A stretch of 64,000 nt of DNA from contig NC_089431.1 in NCBI RefSeq assembly GCF_026210795.1, positions 3,844,001 to 3,908,000 on the forward strand. Direction: 5' to 3'. This stretch comes from Rhizophagus irregularis. Taxonomy: Eukaryota. The position numbers were made by a program, and so were the translations under genes. This document shows positions 53,481 to 64,000 of the stretch, in pieces; the stretch's first letter is position 1; every line of letters begins with the position of its first letter. Under the pieces are notes generated by a model. It was not told the origin of the DNA and did not search any database. It was given only the letters and a program-made list of their open reading frames with translations.

Positions 53481-54089
53481 TAAAACAGATTTTTTGATGT
53501 CCATACGGTTTGGTAGTAGATAATTAATTGGCATTTGTAAGTTCATGGAGAATTATTATCATAAGTTGTATTTTGGATTAATACTGTTTTAAATAGTTTT
53601 GTAATATCATCAATTGTTGTATAAATAGATATATATACTTTGACTATTAATTTACTTGTATCATTATCATTTCTAATTTTAGAAATATATAAATGGTGTA
53701 GTGAATTATTTAAGCTTATAAAAGAGGTAATTGGTAGTATGATTAAAATATTTATTTCCAGCAATCTGTAAATCTTTTGTATATGTAAATTAGATCTATA
53801 TGTAAATTAGAAAGTTAAATTGTATATTAAAATATAATAGTAATCCTTAAAATCTATGTTACTTGTAACTTATTGTGTATAATGTGTGAAAAATATTTAA
53901 TTGTAATATCTCTTCAGAGATTTTACTAACATAACTAATAGTAAGTCTTGTATCTTTCTGTACAAATTACAGTTATATATACCTTTCAATTATTTTCATA
54001 ATCTTTATATCCATATCTTTGATCATATCTTTTATTCAGCTTTTTTTGTATAGACAACTTTAGAGTTGCTTTAGTGTAATTATTCTACA

Positions 54090-54172
54090 ATATGAAATAA
54101 TTTATCACTTGTTGCATCCATAGTTCTATAATATGTGATTATATGAAATAATTTATCACCTGTTGCATCCAT
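54090..54172. repeat. 32-bp direct repeat, period 51 bp
   Basis: atatgaaataatttatcac(t/c)tgttgcatccat at 54090-54121 and 54141-54172. Confidence 0.85.
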
Positions 54173-56294
54173 GGCTCAATTGGCTCATGTAAGTTTCCAC
54201 CCAGTTGTATATACTTAGTCATAAATAGTTGGTCAATTTACATATTTTATCATCATCAGATTGACCTTTGAATAAATTATGTACTCCAGTCCCTTTTAAT
54301 ATTCTCAAAACTATTTTTCTTTCATCAAAATTTGTGTCTACTAACAGACTTCATTCTGCCAATAATATCAGTAAATATGCCCCTTTTCTGAAATAATTAA
54401 ACACATAGATAGTTAGAGAAATTTTATGTCAATATTCCATTAGTTCACTCTCAAACTGTACTAAAATTTGTTTTTTCTAATAGCTCTTTCTAAGTATTAA
54501 ATAGTAATATGTATATAAGTTATTAATCCTTCTTCTTTGAGTAATATGCCAATCCAATGTTTAAATATATTTAATATTTAAATATTCTGTTATATTTTCT
54601 TGTTTTGTAAACTTTTGCTTATCTATTTATATAAGTAGTACTGCTTGAGTCAACAACATAAAATGACTCATTCATTCTGTTCACTAGCTAGTCATAAAAT
54701 ATCGGGGGTGTTTGACATGCCATTTACAGTTTTGTATGAGTTTAGAATTGTTCTGGAATGTTGATATGCCTCTGCTAGATCATTAATTTGGGAAAATCAC
54801 TCATAATCTGTCATTAATCCAATAATCCTCATTATTTTATTTTCATATAAAGTCCACAATATATCATAATAAAAGGAAAACTTTCTTTTAATATTCATTA
54901 ATTGACCATTCATTAGAGAAAATTTTAAGCCCAGGATATTAGATGTTGATCTATTACATTACTAATTAAAGAATTATTATATTATAATTTTAAAAGTTCA
55001 TGTATACATTCTATTTAATAATGATATACTAACATATTATCTCCTATAATTTTTTTTTATAGCTTAATAATAAATTTATTATTTTTATCATACCATATAA
55101 AATACTAATTTTCTATATACAATTATTAAACCTTCACCTTGGAAAGGTAAAATGGTAAAGACACAATAAAATTTTTTGTTGGATTGGGTTTTAAATATTT
55201 GAGAAAATAGATTTTTCTATTTATTTCATATATATATACATTTTTGCTTAGATAATCATTGAATTCTATCCATCAGGTTCATTAATAAAATTGAGGGCCT
55301 TTGAAAATGATGAATACACCTCAATGTCTCGTTCGTCTTGACATATTTACTATAATCATTGGAGTCATTCTTGGCATTGATATCCTCCTGTTGTCCTACA
55401 GATTTGAAGTTATAAGAGACTTAGAACACATAAGTCAGCCCAGAAATATGACCTCCCATGTTTAATTTCTTTGATGAAGTTCAAAAGCCTTGGTCCTTCT
55501 TTAATAACATTTGGAATACTATAATATTTATATTTCATTTTTACTGTATTTCTTCTTAATTTAAAATCATTTTTTTTTTTCATGAATAACTATTCTGGGT
55601 TGTTCAGAAACTTAATAACCACAAAGTTTATTAAAATTAATGTAATTAAGTAAGATTAAGGGTGCAAATTGATTTTTCTTTGAGTTGGCAATAGGAAGGT
55701 TTATTATTTAAATACTTTGTCTGATACACTAATTCCATTTTATCAGATAAGATTTCTTCAAATGGAGTCTCATGCAAGTATTTTTTAAATCGTGATTGAA
55801 ATATCTTAACTATGCGTAAAAACTATCTTTTCACATTGTACAATATCATTGTAACAGCTATTATTTCCATAAGAAATTTATTCTATAATAAAAGTTCTAT
55901 TAATTTTAAAGGAATTGAGTAATAATACTGTGTATCTCTTGTATAGGTAAAATACTATGAAACATTATTTGGGTTACAAAAGATACTTTCAAATATGATT
56001 CATTTTTTTTTCTTTAAATTTAACTTGTTCCCCAAAGTAAATGTACTACATCTTCCATTGGTAATAAATTTAATAAGTTATATACTATACTAATTGACCA
56101 GACTGTGTTTATACCAGTCACAAGCCAATTTCAATCTTTATAAGATAACATTATTATAGATTGTAATTATGAGAAAAGTTGTATATCAATAATTTTTAAT
56201 AGTGATCTAGTAGTTTAAGCATTTGTTTCCATATTTTGGGAATGATGACTTGTGCGGGAATAAAGCAAATGTACATGTATAGGTTGTAAAATTA

Positions 56295-56365
56295 TTTCTT
56301 TTTAATTTGGTTGATTCCTTAAAAATTTCTCCAACACAGAAATTAACTTGATGTAATTGTTGATA
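56295..56365 (-). mobile_element. Possible second hAT transposase fragment
   Basis: LHQVNFCVGEIFKESTKL resembles the hAT CxAHxxNLxV segment; the Cys is lost and the surroundings are highly decayed. Confidence 0.45.
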
Positions 56366-56978
56366 GCTTCAAGTGTATGTAAAAATTGCAACATTATGAA
56401 ATGCACATTCCACTCAATATATTAGGTATAAACTACCAACCTTATTACAATATCAAATATCAATGATATTTATTTACATTTTTTGCAAATGAATGTTCTT
56501 GGATTTCTACAATTGTCTTGAATACATTTCAAATCATAATAATTGAACCAAATATTATCAAATTGTATGTATCATGGTAATTTCTATGAACAATTCTAGA
56601 GTTATTATAAAAGTTTAAAAATGATATAAATGTTATGTATGCAATAAATAATGATATTAGTATGTTTAGGAAATATGATAGAATAAATTGTATTAATGTT
56701 TGTTAGAAGAATAGAAGAATTAACAATATAAAATTTTATTCTTAAGTGAATAGAGAGAATACATAATTGGTAAAAGAATTTGAATGATCTGATGCATCCA
56801 TATAGCATATCTCGCTTGTTTGAAGTATTTTTTTCATGAATAATTTTTCAAAATAAATTTTTTTTAATAATTTATTAAATCTCAAAAGTTGAATATTTAA
56901 ATATTTAGGAAAAGGGGGAATCATTGAAAAAAAATTTTTTATATCTGTATTTATTTGTAAATATAATTATCACCTGGC

Positions 56979-57179
56979 TACTAATTGGTATTTAGGATTT
57001 TTTCCGCCAGTTATAAACTGGCGGACCAATTAGTATATCTAGGATGAAAAAAGTTATTTACTGATCTAGTTTAGTATATAAATGGGCCATCATCCTTCGG
57101 ATGATAACCCATTTATATACTACTAGATTAGTAAATAACTAATACTTAAAAGCCCTATTTAGTATTAAATGAGGCTTTT
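56979..57179. repeat. Cluster of three adjacent palindromes
   Basis: tactaattggt..ccgccagtt-ata-aactggcgg-accaattagta (56979-57035); ~90-bp fold-back 57052-57140; aaaagcc..ggctttt (57148-57179). Confidence 0.85.
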
Positions 57180-59450
57180 TATTCATGTGAAATCAAATGT
57201 TGAAATTATCTTCTTCAAAAATTAGTTCAACTACACAATAAGCCATAAATATAGCTTTTTAATAATTTTAATTTCTACTTATTTACTTAAAAAATTTAAA
57301 ATAATCAAATACTGTATATAACTCAGCCACATACTGAAATAAGAACGAAATACTCTATGAAGAGGCTTTGAACATGTTTGTATGGTACGAAAATTATCAA
57401 ATTGTATTACAAAATTATATTATTAAAAATATTGTAATATAAATTACTAAGTAAAAGTTGTTAGTTACTTTTATTGAATAACAATTGCTTTATTATTTAT
57501 TACAATTAAGTCTTTTCCATTATTGTCAGTAAATTCATACAAAAGTGGCTATGTAGTATGTACTATATTTGATTTTAAATAGATACACAAAAAGAATACG
57601 ATCACATGAATTTCATCATTGAGGTCATATTTTACTTTTTAGTAAATTCTTTAATGATAAGACTAAATGAAATAATAAAGCAAAATTAGGGAGTTATATT
57701 AAACTGGATGTAAATATCATTACTATTAAGAATTTTTGTTTTATATTCATGAGAATTTATTGAAAAGTCTAAAAAAGACATTTAACAATAACTGTTTATT
57801 AGCTAAAGAATAAACTTTAAATCTAATTATAAATTATTCACTTTTTGGAGAGTGATTAAAGAATAAATTATTCATATGTTAAAGAATTTAATTATATAAA
57901 TGGTAACTTATTTTTGAAAGAACCAGAAAATAATCACATTTCCATTGATGAGATAATTTCTTTAATAATATGAAATATTTCATTTACTGACATACAAAAT
58001 TAATCTTTGGTTTCTCTAATCAGTTTTCATAATATTAGCTCTTTATATGATAAACTCTTAACGAGTTCATACTAAATTATTACGTGACTTAATATAATTC
58101 TCAATATTTAAACTATTCTTTGTAATTTCATAAAAAAAATCGTCAATTTGATAATACTCTTCAAGAAACGTTGCGATATAATATTGATATAGTAAATTTT
58201 AAACTCGCGAAGAATTGATTAATTCTACATGAAAAATTGAAATACGTAATACTTTTAAATCCCCATTTAAAAACACTTTCCTAAACTTTATATTTCATTT
58301 TAAAGATTGTCATTTTGGCAAGAAAGAACAAAATTTTATTCGGAATAAAGGCTCTCCGAAATTTTAGACATTAAATTAATGAGATACCTTAAAGAGGAAT
58401 CTATTTCTGAAATTGTAAATAATCAAAATAATCAAATAGTTTGCTTTGTTTTTAGTCAAAGGTTAAAAATCGATAACAAATTTTTGTAGACATATCTCAC
58501 TGGAAAGTAATCTAATTCATAATGATTTTCAATAAATAACTTCTTATCATAAATATACCTAAAGAAAAAAAATCAAAATAAATATTTATAAACCGATAAC
58601 CTTTTATTTTAAGATCGACGATTTAAGATAAACCACGTGAAAGGATCACTATAATATTCGTCAAAATTTCAAATAGTTTTTTAAGATTTTCGAAAAAAAA
58701 AATTAATAATTAAGTATGGTTTATAATAACTTATCTTTCGGTAGTATTATTTACAAACAAAAGAACAGTATTTTATTTGTTCTACATAATAGGTAAGATT
58801 AAATGACAAAATAAATAAATAAAGTAAACTGTAAATAAAATGTTTAACTAAATATAGTATTAAAGTATTATGTAATTAAAAATGTAATCGTGGTACCAAT
58901 TAAGATGATATCAAATAAGTGACAATTGGCTTAAAATTATTTGGAATTGTATCATACGGATCGAATTATAATCACGCCTCATATTTTTCGAAAAAACAAA
59001 TCACATATTAAATTTACAACTAAGTTATGATCAAAAAAATAAAATAAAATAAATAGTTTATTAAATTAAATTATTGAAAACAAATAATAATTAACAAACT
59101 AAATCACTCAAAAAGCCATTAGAATGGTCTATTCAATCTAAATCAATTACGTAACCTTCAGTCATAAATATTTTTTTTAAAAAAAAATTCTTCGTATGAA
59201 AGATTTCGTCTACTGACGTAATGGTTCATTTTCAACACTTGATCCTAACATTTAATATTAAAAAGAGAAAAATTGAGTGAAACAACAAAGGAAACGGTTA
59301 TTAAATTTAAACATATTATCTATAAGAGTGGATAGTCTTTGGTCGTACGTTTTTTTTTTTGATAAGCTATTGTACTCTGTACATGTTTATCCAATATATA
59401 ATATAATTTTTAAACCCATTTTTCATTTATACAACCGTCAAGATAGTAAT

Positions 59451-59671
59451 AGGACCCAGAAATATATATATAGGGGTCAGGTGATGATAAAAATTTTTTA
59501 CTATGAGCTGTACGCATTTTTTCAGGGCCGGAATTATGATAATGTCAGTCTGTTACTATAATAGGAAATAAAATTCTGACTGGAATTATCGAAAATTATC
59601 TAAAAAAGGAAAGATTTTCATGATTTTTTTAGTTCAAACTCTAACCCCTTTAATATATATTTCTGGGTCCT
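59451..59671. mobile_element. MITE with AGGACCC TIR and exact 8-bp TSD
   Basis: aggacccagaaatatatat / atatatatttctgggtcct; TSD atagtaat at 59443-59450 and 59672-59679. Absent from the paralogous flank near 62845. Confidence 0.9.
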
Positions 59672-59964
59672 ATAGTAATATATTTGAAAAATTAATAAAA
59701 AATTACAAAAAAAAAATAAACTCTGAAAACTCATTTTCCACTAGTAACCTAAATTTTATACCGTACGATTGCACCATTAAATAAAGATCGTTATTAAAAA
59801 AAATTTTGATAAATAAAATATGGCGTATCCCGGTAAATTGTTATAAGTAAATCAAATTTTTTAAATAAAATATTTCAAATAATTCACTTTTTTTTATTTA
59901 TTTTCTTTTTTGTTACAATCTATTTAAAGTTGCATTTAATTGATATGTAAATAAAGAATAATTA

Positions 59965-61428
59965 TCACTTTATAATTTGAAAGACTTCAAATTCTTCTAT
60001 AGAAAAATAATTTGTAGTATTTCTGATATGCTTTTCATATGAAGATTTTCTACAACAACTATTATAAAAATTTTTTCCATACATAGCAAGGTCCGAGAAA
60101 AAGCATGCGCCGTAAGAGGCACCATTGGTTATGGCTTTACTTTCATCCACTACATGACTTAAAATATGTTTTTCAATATTATCAATATTTTCAAAAGAGA
60201 ATATAAAACTATCCTTAGTAACACCAAAATTATTATTGGACTTCCATTCAATCGGATTATATCCTCCAAGAATTTCGTTACTATTTTTCACTTTAATTAC
60301 TGTCACAGTGCGAACCCGATTATCACAAATCTCATGGAATTTACTAGGTGCAAACCCATCACGAGATCCACGAAGTATTAATTTAAATTCATATGAGGTA
60401 TTCAAATTATCTGTAATATCTAATTTATCAATCCATTTTGAGATTAAATTAGCATGTTGAAATGTAATGATTTTTGAATCAACATTTTTTGATTTATGAG
60501 AATTACGAGATTTCTTAATTGGCTTGCTGTTAGGATGTAAACTTAAAAAAGTTTGTAATAAATCCACATATAATTCCTCAGGTAGAATTTCTCTATAGGG
60601 TATTACAGCATCTGAAATTTCTTTTGAAGTGAAATCATAGAATCTAATGAAAAAAATGCAATGTTGTAAAGTACCTTTTAATACATTGAAATCATCCTTT
60701 GATAAATTTGCGGGATCAGAAGAAAGTTCAGGACTTTGAGCATGTCCCCATTTGAGAACATTTTTCCAAACTTGAACTTTCACTAACTTGAAGGTTATCA
60801 TTTTGAATGAGAGAAATCAAAATTTTTTCTGAAATTGAAGAGTAATTTGGTGATTCGAATATCTTTTCTGGTTTCTTGGATATTAAATCGGTACAATATT
60901 TTTGAAGTTCCAAGAAAGAATTATTCTCAAAACTCGTTTGGTAAATAAAATTAAAATTCTGCTCCATCCAATTCGAATTATTTTCAATTAAAGATAATTG
61001 CAAATATTCAACTAATTCTTGAAGACTAAGTTCATTGGCGGCAAATAAGATTTTAATGATATCTGAAGCATCATATTCTCCTATACTAGAAAGTCTTCCT
61101 CCGTAAATATAACTGAAATAAATTATAAAAATTATAAAGTATTTATAAAAATATAAAAACAGTTTAATTCTTGCTTTTTACCTTAAGATTGCTTGAAAAA
61201 TTTCAGGTAAAATATTTGGTAATTTAATATGTGATAAAGTTCCATCATTTTTCCTTTCATTTGTTGATAAAATTCTTCGCAAGTAAGAAGAACGATAATT
61301 TAAAATAACCATATGAGCTCGAAATATTTTTACGTTAGGGTCATTACCAACTTCAATTGTAATATCATAATATTCAAGATTTCAAGTAAATTTTGGGATA
61401 ATTTTGATAAAAATTTATTATTACCCAT
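59965..61428 (-). pseudogene. BTB/POZ-BACK-TLDc gene with two frameshifts
   Basis: ATG 61428, intron 61181-61113. Frameshifting deletion near 61375 (acidic DEEY-like stretch lost) and +1 insertion near 60780 relative to the paralog. TLDc motifs LILRGSRDGF, ILGGYNP, DSFIFSF, EFEVFQI. Confidence 0.85.
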
Positions 61429-62915
61429 TATAATTATTTTTTTCTTTTTCTTTTTCTTTTTTTTTATGAAAAAAAAAAAAATTCACAAAGAGCTAATCTT
61501 GTGATTGGTAAACTTTAAATATTTGTTTCTGAATTGGGAAAACAAGAATTATAATTGTCGCAAATCAATTTTATTATTAATTCTGGTCGACAATATTAAA
61601 TTACTATATTTGGCAAAAAGAAATTAATATAATTCTCTCCCCGGTAATTGTCAATAAAAGAACGATACAATCGATACATTGTTAAAGAGCTTTATTTATT
61701 AATTTATCCGTTCCACAAAATCCATGAAATTAATTTTATATTCTTTACACTTGACTAGTGTCTAGTCTGTTTATCCGATCCGGTCATTCCGAACTGATTA
61801 TTATCCGAATAACAGATTATCCGTATCCATCATGACCGTCGTCAAATCCGTTAGTACCCATTTTCCTAAGAACCGGTAAGACGTTACCGCTTAATCATAA
61901 TTATGTAGTCAAATTATAATACAAAAAAATTCAAATTATACTATGATTATAGCGTTCCGGATAGCCGTAGATAATCTAGATAATCTGTCACGGATTGAAA
62001 ACAAATTTATACGTCACTCCGTTATCATAGTAGATGACATAATGAGAAGTTGTCATAAATCTACTTCTAATTTTGATTAAAAATGTATCTAATAATATAT
62101 TATTTAAATCAATCAATCAATTAATTTTCGCAGAAAAAAGCAGTTATAATTAAAAATAATGTTGACTTTAATCGAGCATGCATTTAGATTCTTTATTCAA
62201 GTCTTTAGGTTCGTTGGCTTGGGCGCTTGGGCGCTTGGCTACTGAGCCAGAAAGAAATACGGCAAAAATTCATTACTTGTGACTATAAAATAAATTTACG
62301 ATAAGATGATGTCGAATACTAAATGACAATTGGCTTAAACTATTTAGACCAAATTGTATCAATGAATAAGATCATTCACATTTTTCGAAAACAAACAAAC
62401 TTTGATTATGTAAATCGATTACGTAATTTACTTTTGTAAAATCATCGATATTTTTTTTTTAAAAAAAATAAAAAATCCAAAATGAATTACAAGTTATTAG
62501 TATGGGAGATTTCATCTACTAGCGTAATGGTCCATTTCCATCACTTGTTCCTAACGCATCTATTCCCTTAATATAAACTTAAAAGAGTATTGCTAATGCT
62601 GGTACTGTGACCATAACCGCCGGTGAGCTTTAGCAATTTTCAACTTAAAAATTGTGTGAAACAACAAAAGAAAAGGTTATTAAGTTTAAACATAATTCCT
62701 ATAAGATTGGTAGTCTTGATTGCACGTTTTTTGATAAGCTATTGTACTCTGTACATGCTTATTCGATATATTATATAATTTTTAAACCCATTATTTTATT
62801 TACACAGCCGTCAAGATTTCTTTTACAATCATTCATATATAACTTTAGTAATATATTTGAAAAGGTAACATTTTATTTATTACGTAAAATTAAAAAAAAA
62901 CACATAAAATAATTA

Positions 62916-64000
62916 TCACTTTATAATTTGAAAGACTTCAAATTCTTCTACAGAAAATGTATTTTCAGTGTTTCTGATTTGCTTTTCATAAGACCTTTTT
63001 TGACAATGACTACTATTATAAAAATTATATCCCCACATAACAAGGTCGTCATAAAAGTACGCACCACAATCACTCGCACTACATATGGCTTTACTTTCAT
63101 TCTTTACACGACTTAAAATATGTTTTTCAATATTATCACCATTTTCAAAAGAGAATATAAAACTATCCTTAGTAACACCAAAATTATTATTGGACTTCCA
63201 TTCAATCGGATTATATCCTCCCAGAATTTCGTTACTATTGTTCACTTTAATCACTGTCACAGTACGAGACTGTTTATCACAAATCTCATGGAATTTACTA
63301 GGTGTAAACCCATCACGAGATCCACGAAGTATTAATTTGAATTCATATGAAGCATTCAGTTTATCTGTAATGTCTAATTTATCAATCCATTTCGAGATTA
63401 GTTCAGCATGTTGAAATGTGATGATTTTTGAATCAACATTTTTTTGTTTATGAAAATTACGAGGTTTCGACTTATCAATAGGCTTGCTTTCAGGATGTAA
63501 GTTTAAAAATGTTTTCAATAAATCCACATATAATTCCTCAGGTAGAATTTCCCTATAAGGTATCACTGTATCTGAAATTTCTTTAGAAGTTAGATTATAG
63601 AATCTAATAAAAGGGATACAATGTTGTAAAGTACTTTTTAATACATTGAAATCATCCTTTGATAAACTTGCAGGATCTGAAGAAAGTTCCGGATTTTGAG
63701 TATGTCCCCATTTAAGAACATTTTCCCAAACTTGAGCCTCGCTCATTTGAAGATTGTCATTTTGAATGAGAGAAATCAAAATTTTTTCTGAAATTGAAGA
63801 GTAATTTGATGAGTTAAATATCTTTTCCGGTTCTTTGGATATTAAATCGGTACAATATTTTTGAAGTTCCAAGAAAGAATTATTTTCAAAACTCATTTGA
63901 TAAATAAAATCAAAATTTTGCTCAATCCAGTTTGCATTATTTTCAATCAAAGATAGCTGCAAAGTTTCAACTAATTCTTGAAGATTAAGTTCATTAGCGG
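62916..64000 (-). CDS. BTB/POZ-BACK-TLDc protein, 5' part outside the window
   Basis: Open frame from the window edge (ANELNLQELVETLQ) through QVWENVLKWG to the TLDc domain (FKLILRGSRDGF..FHEICD..GGYNP..EFEVFQI*); tandem paralog of 59965-61428. Confidence 0.92.
   Translation of the reverse strand, partial: ANELNLQELVETLQLSLIENNANWIEQNFDFIYQMSFENNSFLELQKYCTDLISKEPEKIFNSSNYSSISEKILISLIQNDNLQMSEAQVWENVLKWGHTQNPELSSDPASLSKDDFNVLKSTLQHCIPFIRFYNLTSKEISDTVIPYREILPEELYVDLLKTFLNLHPESKPIDKSKPRNFHKQKNVDSKIITFQHAELISKWIDKLDITDKLNASYEFKLILRGSRDGFTPSKFHEICDKQSRTVTVIKVNNSNEILGGYNPIEWKSNNNFGVTKDSFIFSFENGDNIEKHILSRVKNESKAICSASDCGAYFYDDLVMWGYNFYNSSHCQKRSYEKQIRNTENTFSVEEFEVFQIIK

Noticed and set aside
61754..62010. 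ATCCG-rich segment resembling the left end of the 7521 element
   Set aside because: No matching right TIR or TSD found; probably a fragment, and boundaries are not supportable.
60166..63414. Conserved plus-strand ORF pairs (60166-60460, 62928-63414)
   Set aside because: Antisense to the duplicated TLDc exons; their similarity follows from the sense genes.

Overview
This window is very AT-rich eukaryotic genomic DNA with short GT-AG introns. The gene families (Cys-rich-N-terminus tyrosine-kinase-like protein kinases, BTB/BACK/TLDc, F-box/LRR, a Sel1 relic) point to an arbuscular mycorrhizal fungus (Glomeromycotina, Rhizophagus-like); this is an inference from family content, not a database match. 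It looks like an accessory birth-and-death region. There are four largely intact kinase genes, two kinase pseudogenes, one intact F-box gene, one apparently intact edge-truncated BTB-TLDc gene, two BTB pseudogenes and a short BTB relic, and two local segmental duplications. Many short non-autonomous DNA transposons are present, several with exact 8-bp TSDs, plus one Helentron-type element. Two long CpG-poor blocks (~23-35 kb and ~49.5-57 kb) hold decayed coding relics: a PD-(D/E)xK-like nuclease in the first, MULE and hAT transposases in the second. No rRNA, tRNA or CRISPR array could be supported. I found no demonstrably new system. The best leads are a GC-rich structured-RNA candidate (3.36 kb), a triple hairpin cluster (57 kb), symmetric micro-exons repeating a Tyr motif in a kinase tail, and a frameshift possibly rescued by a cryptic intron. 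Exon boundaries were read by hand and are predictions.
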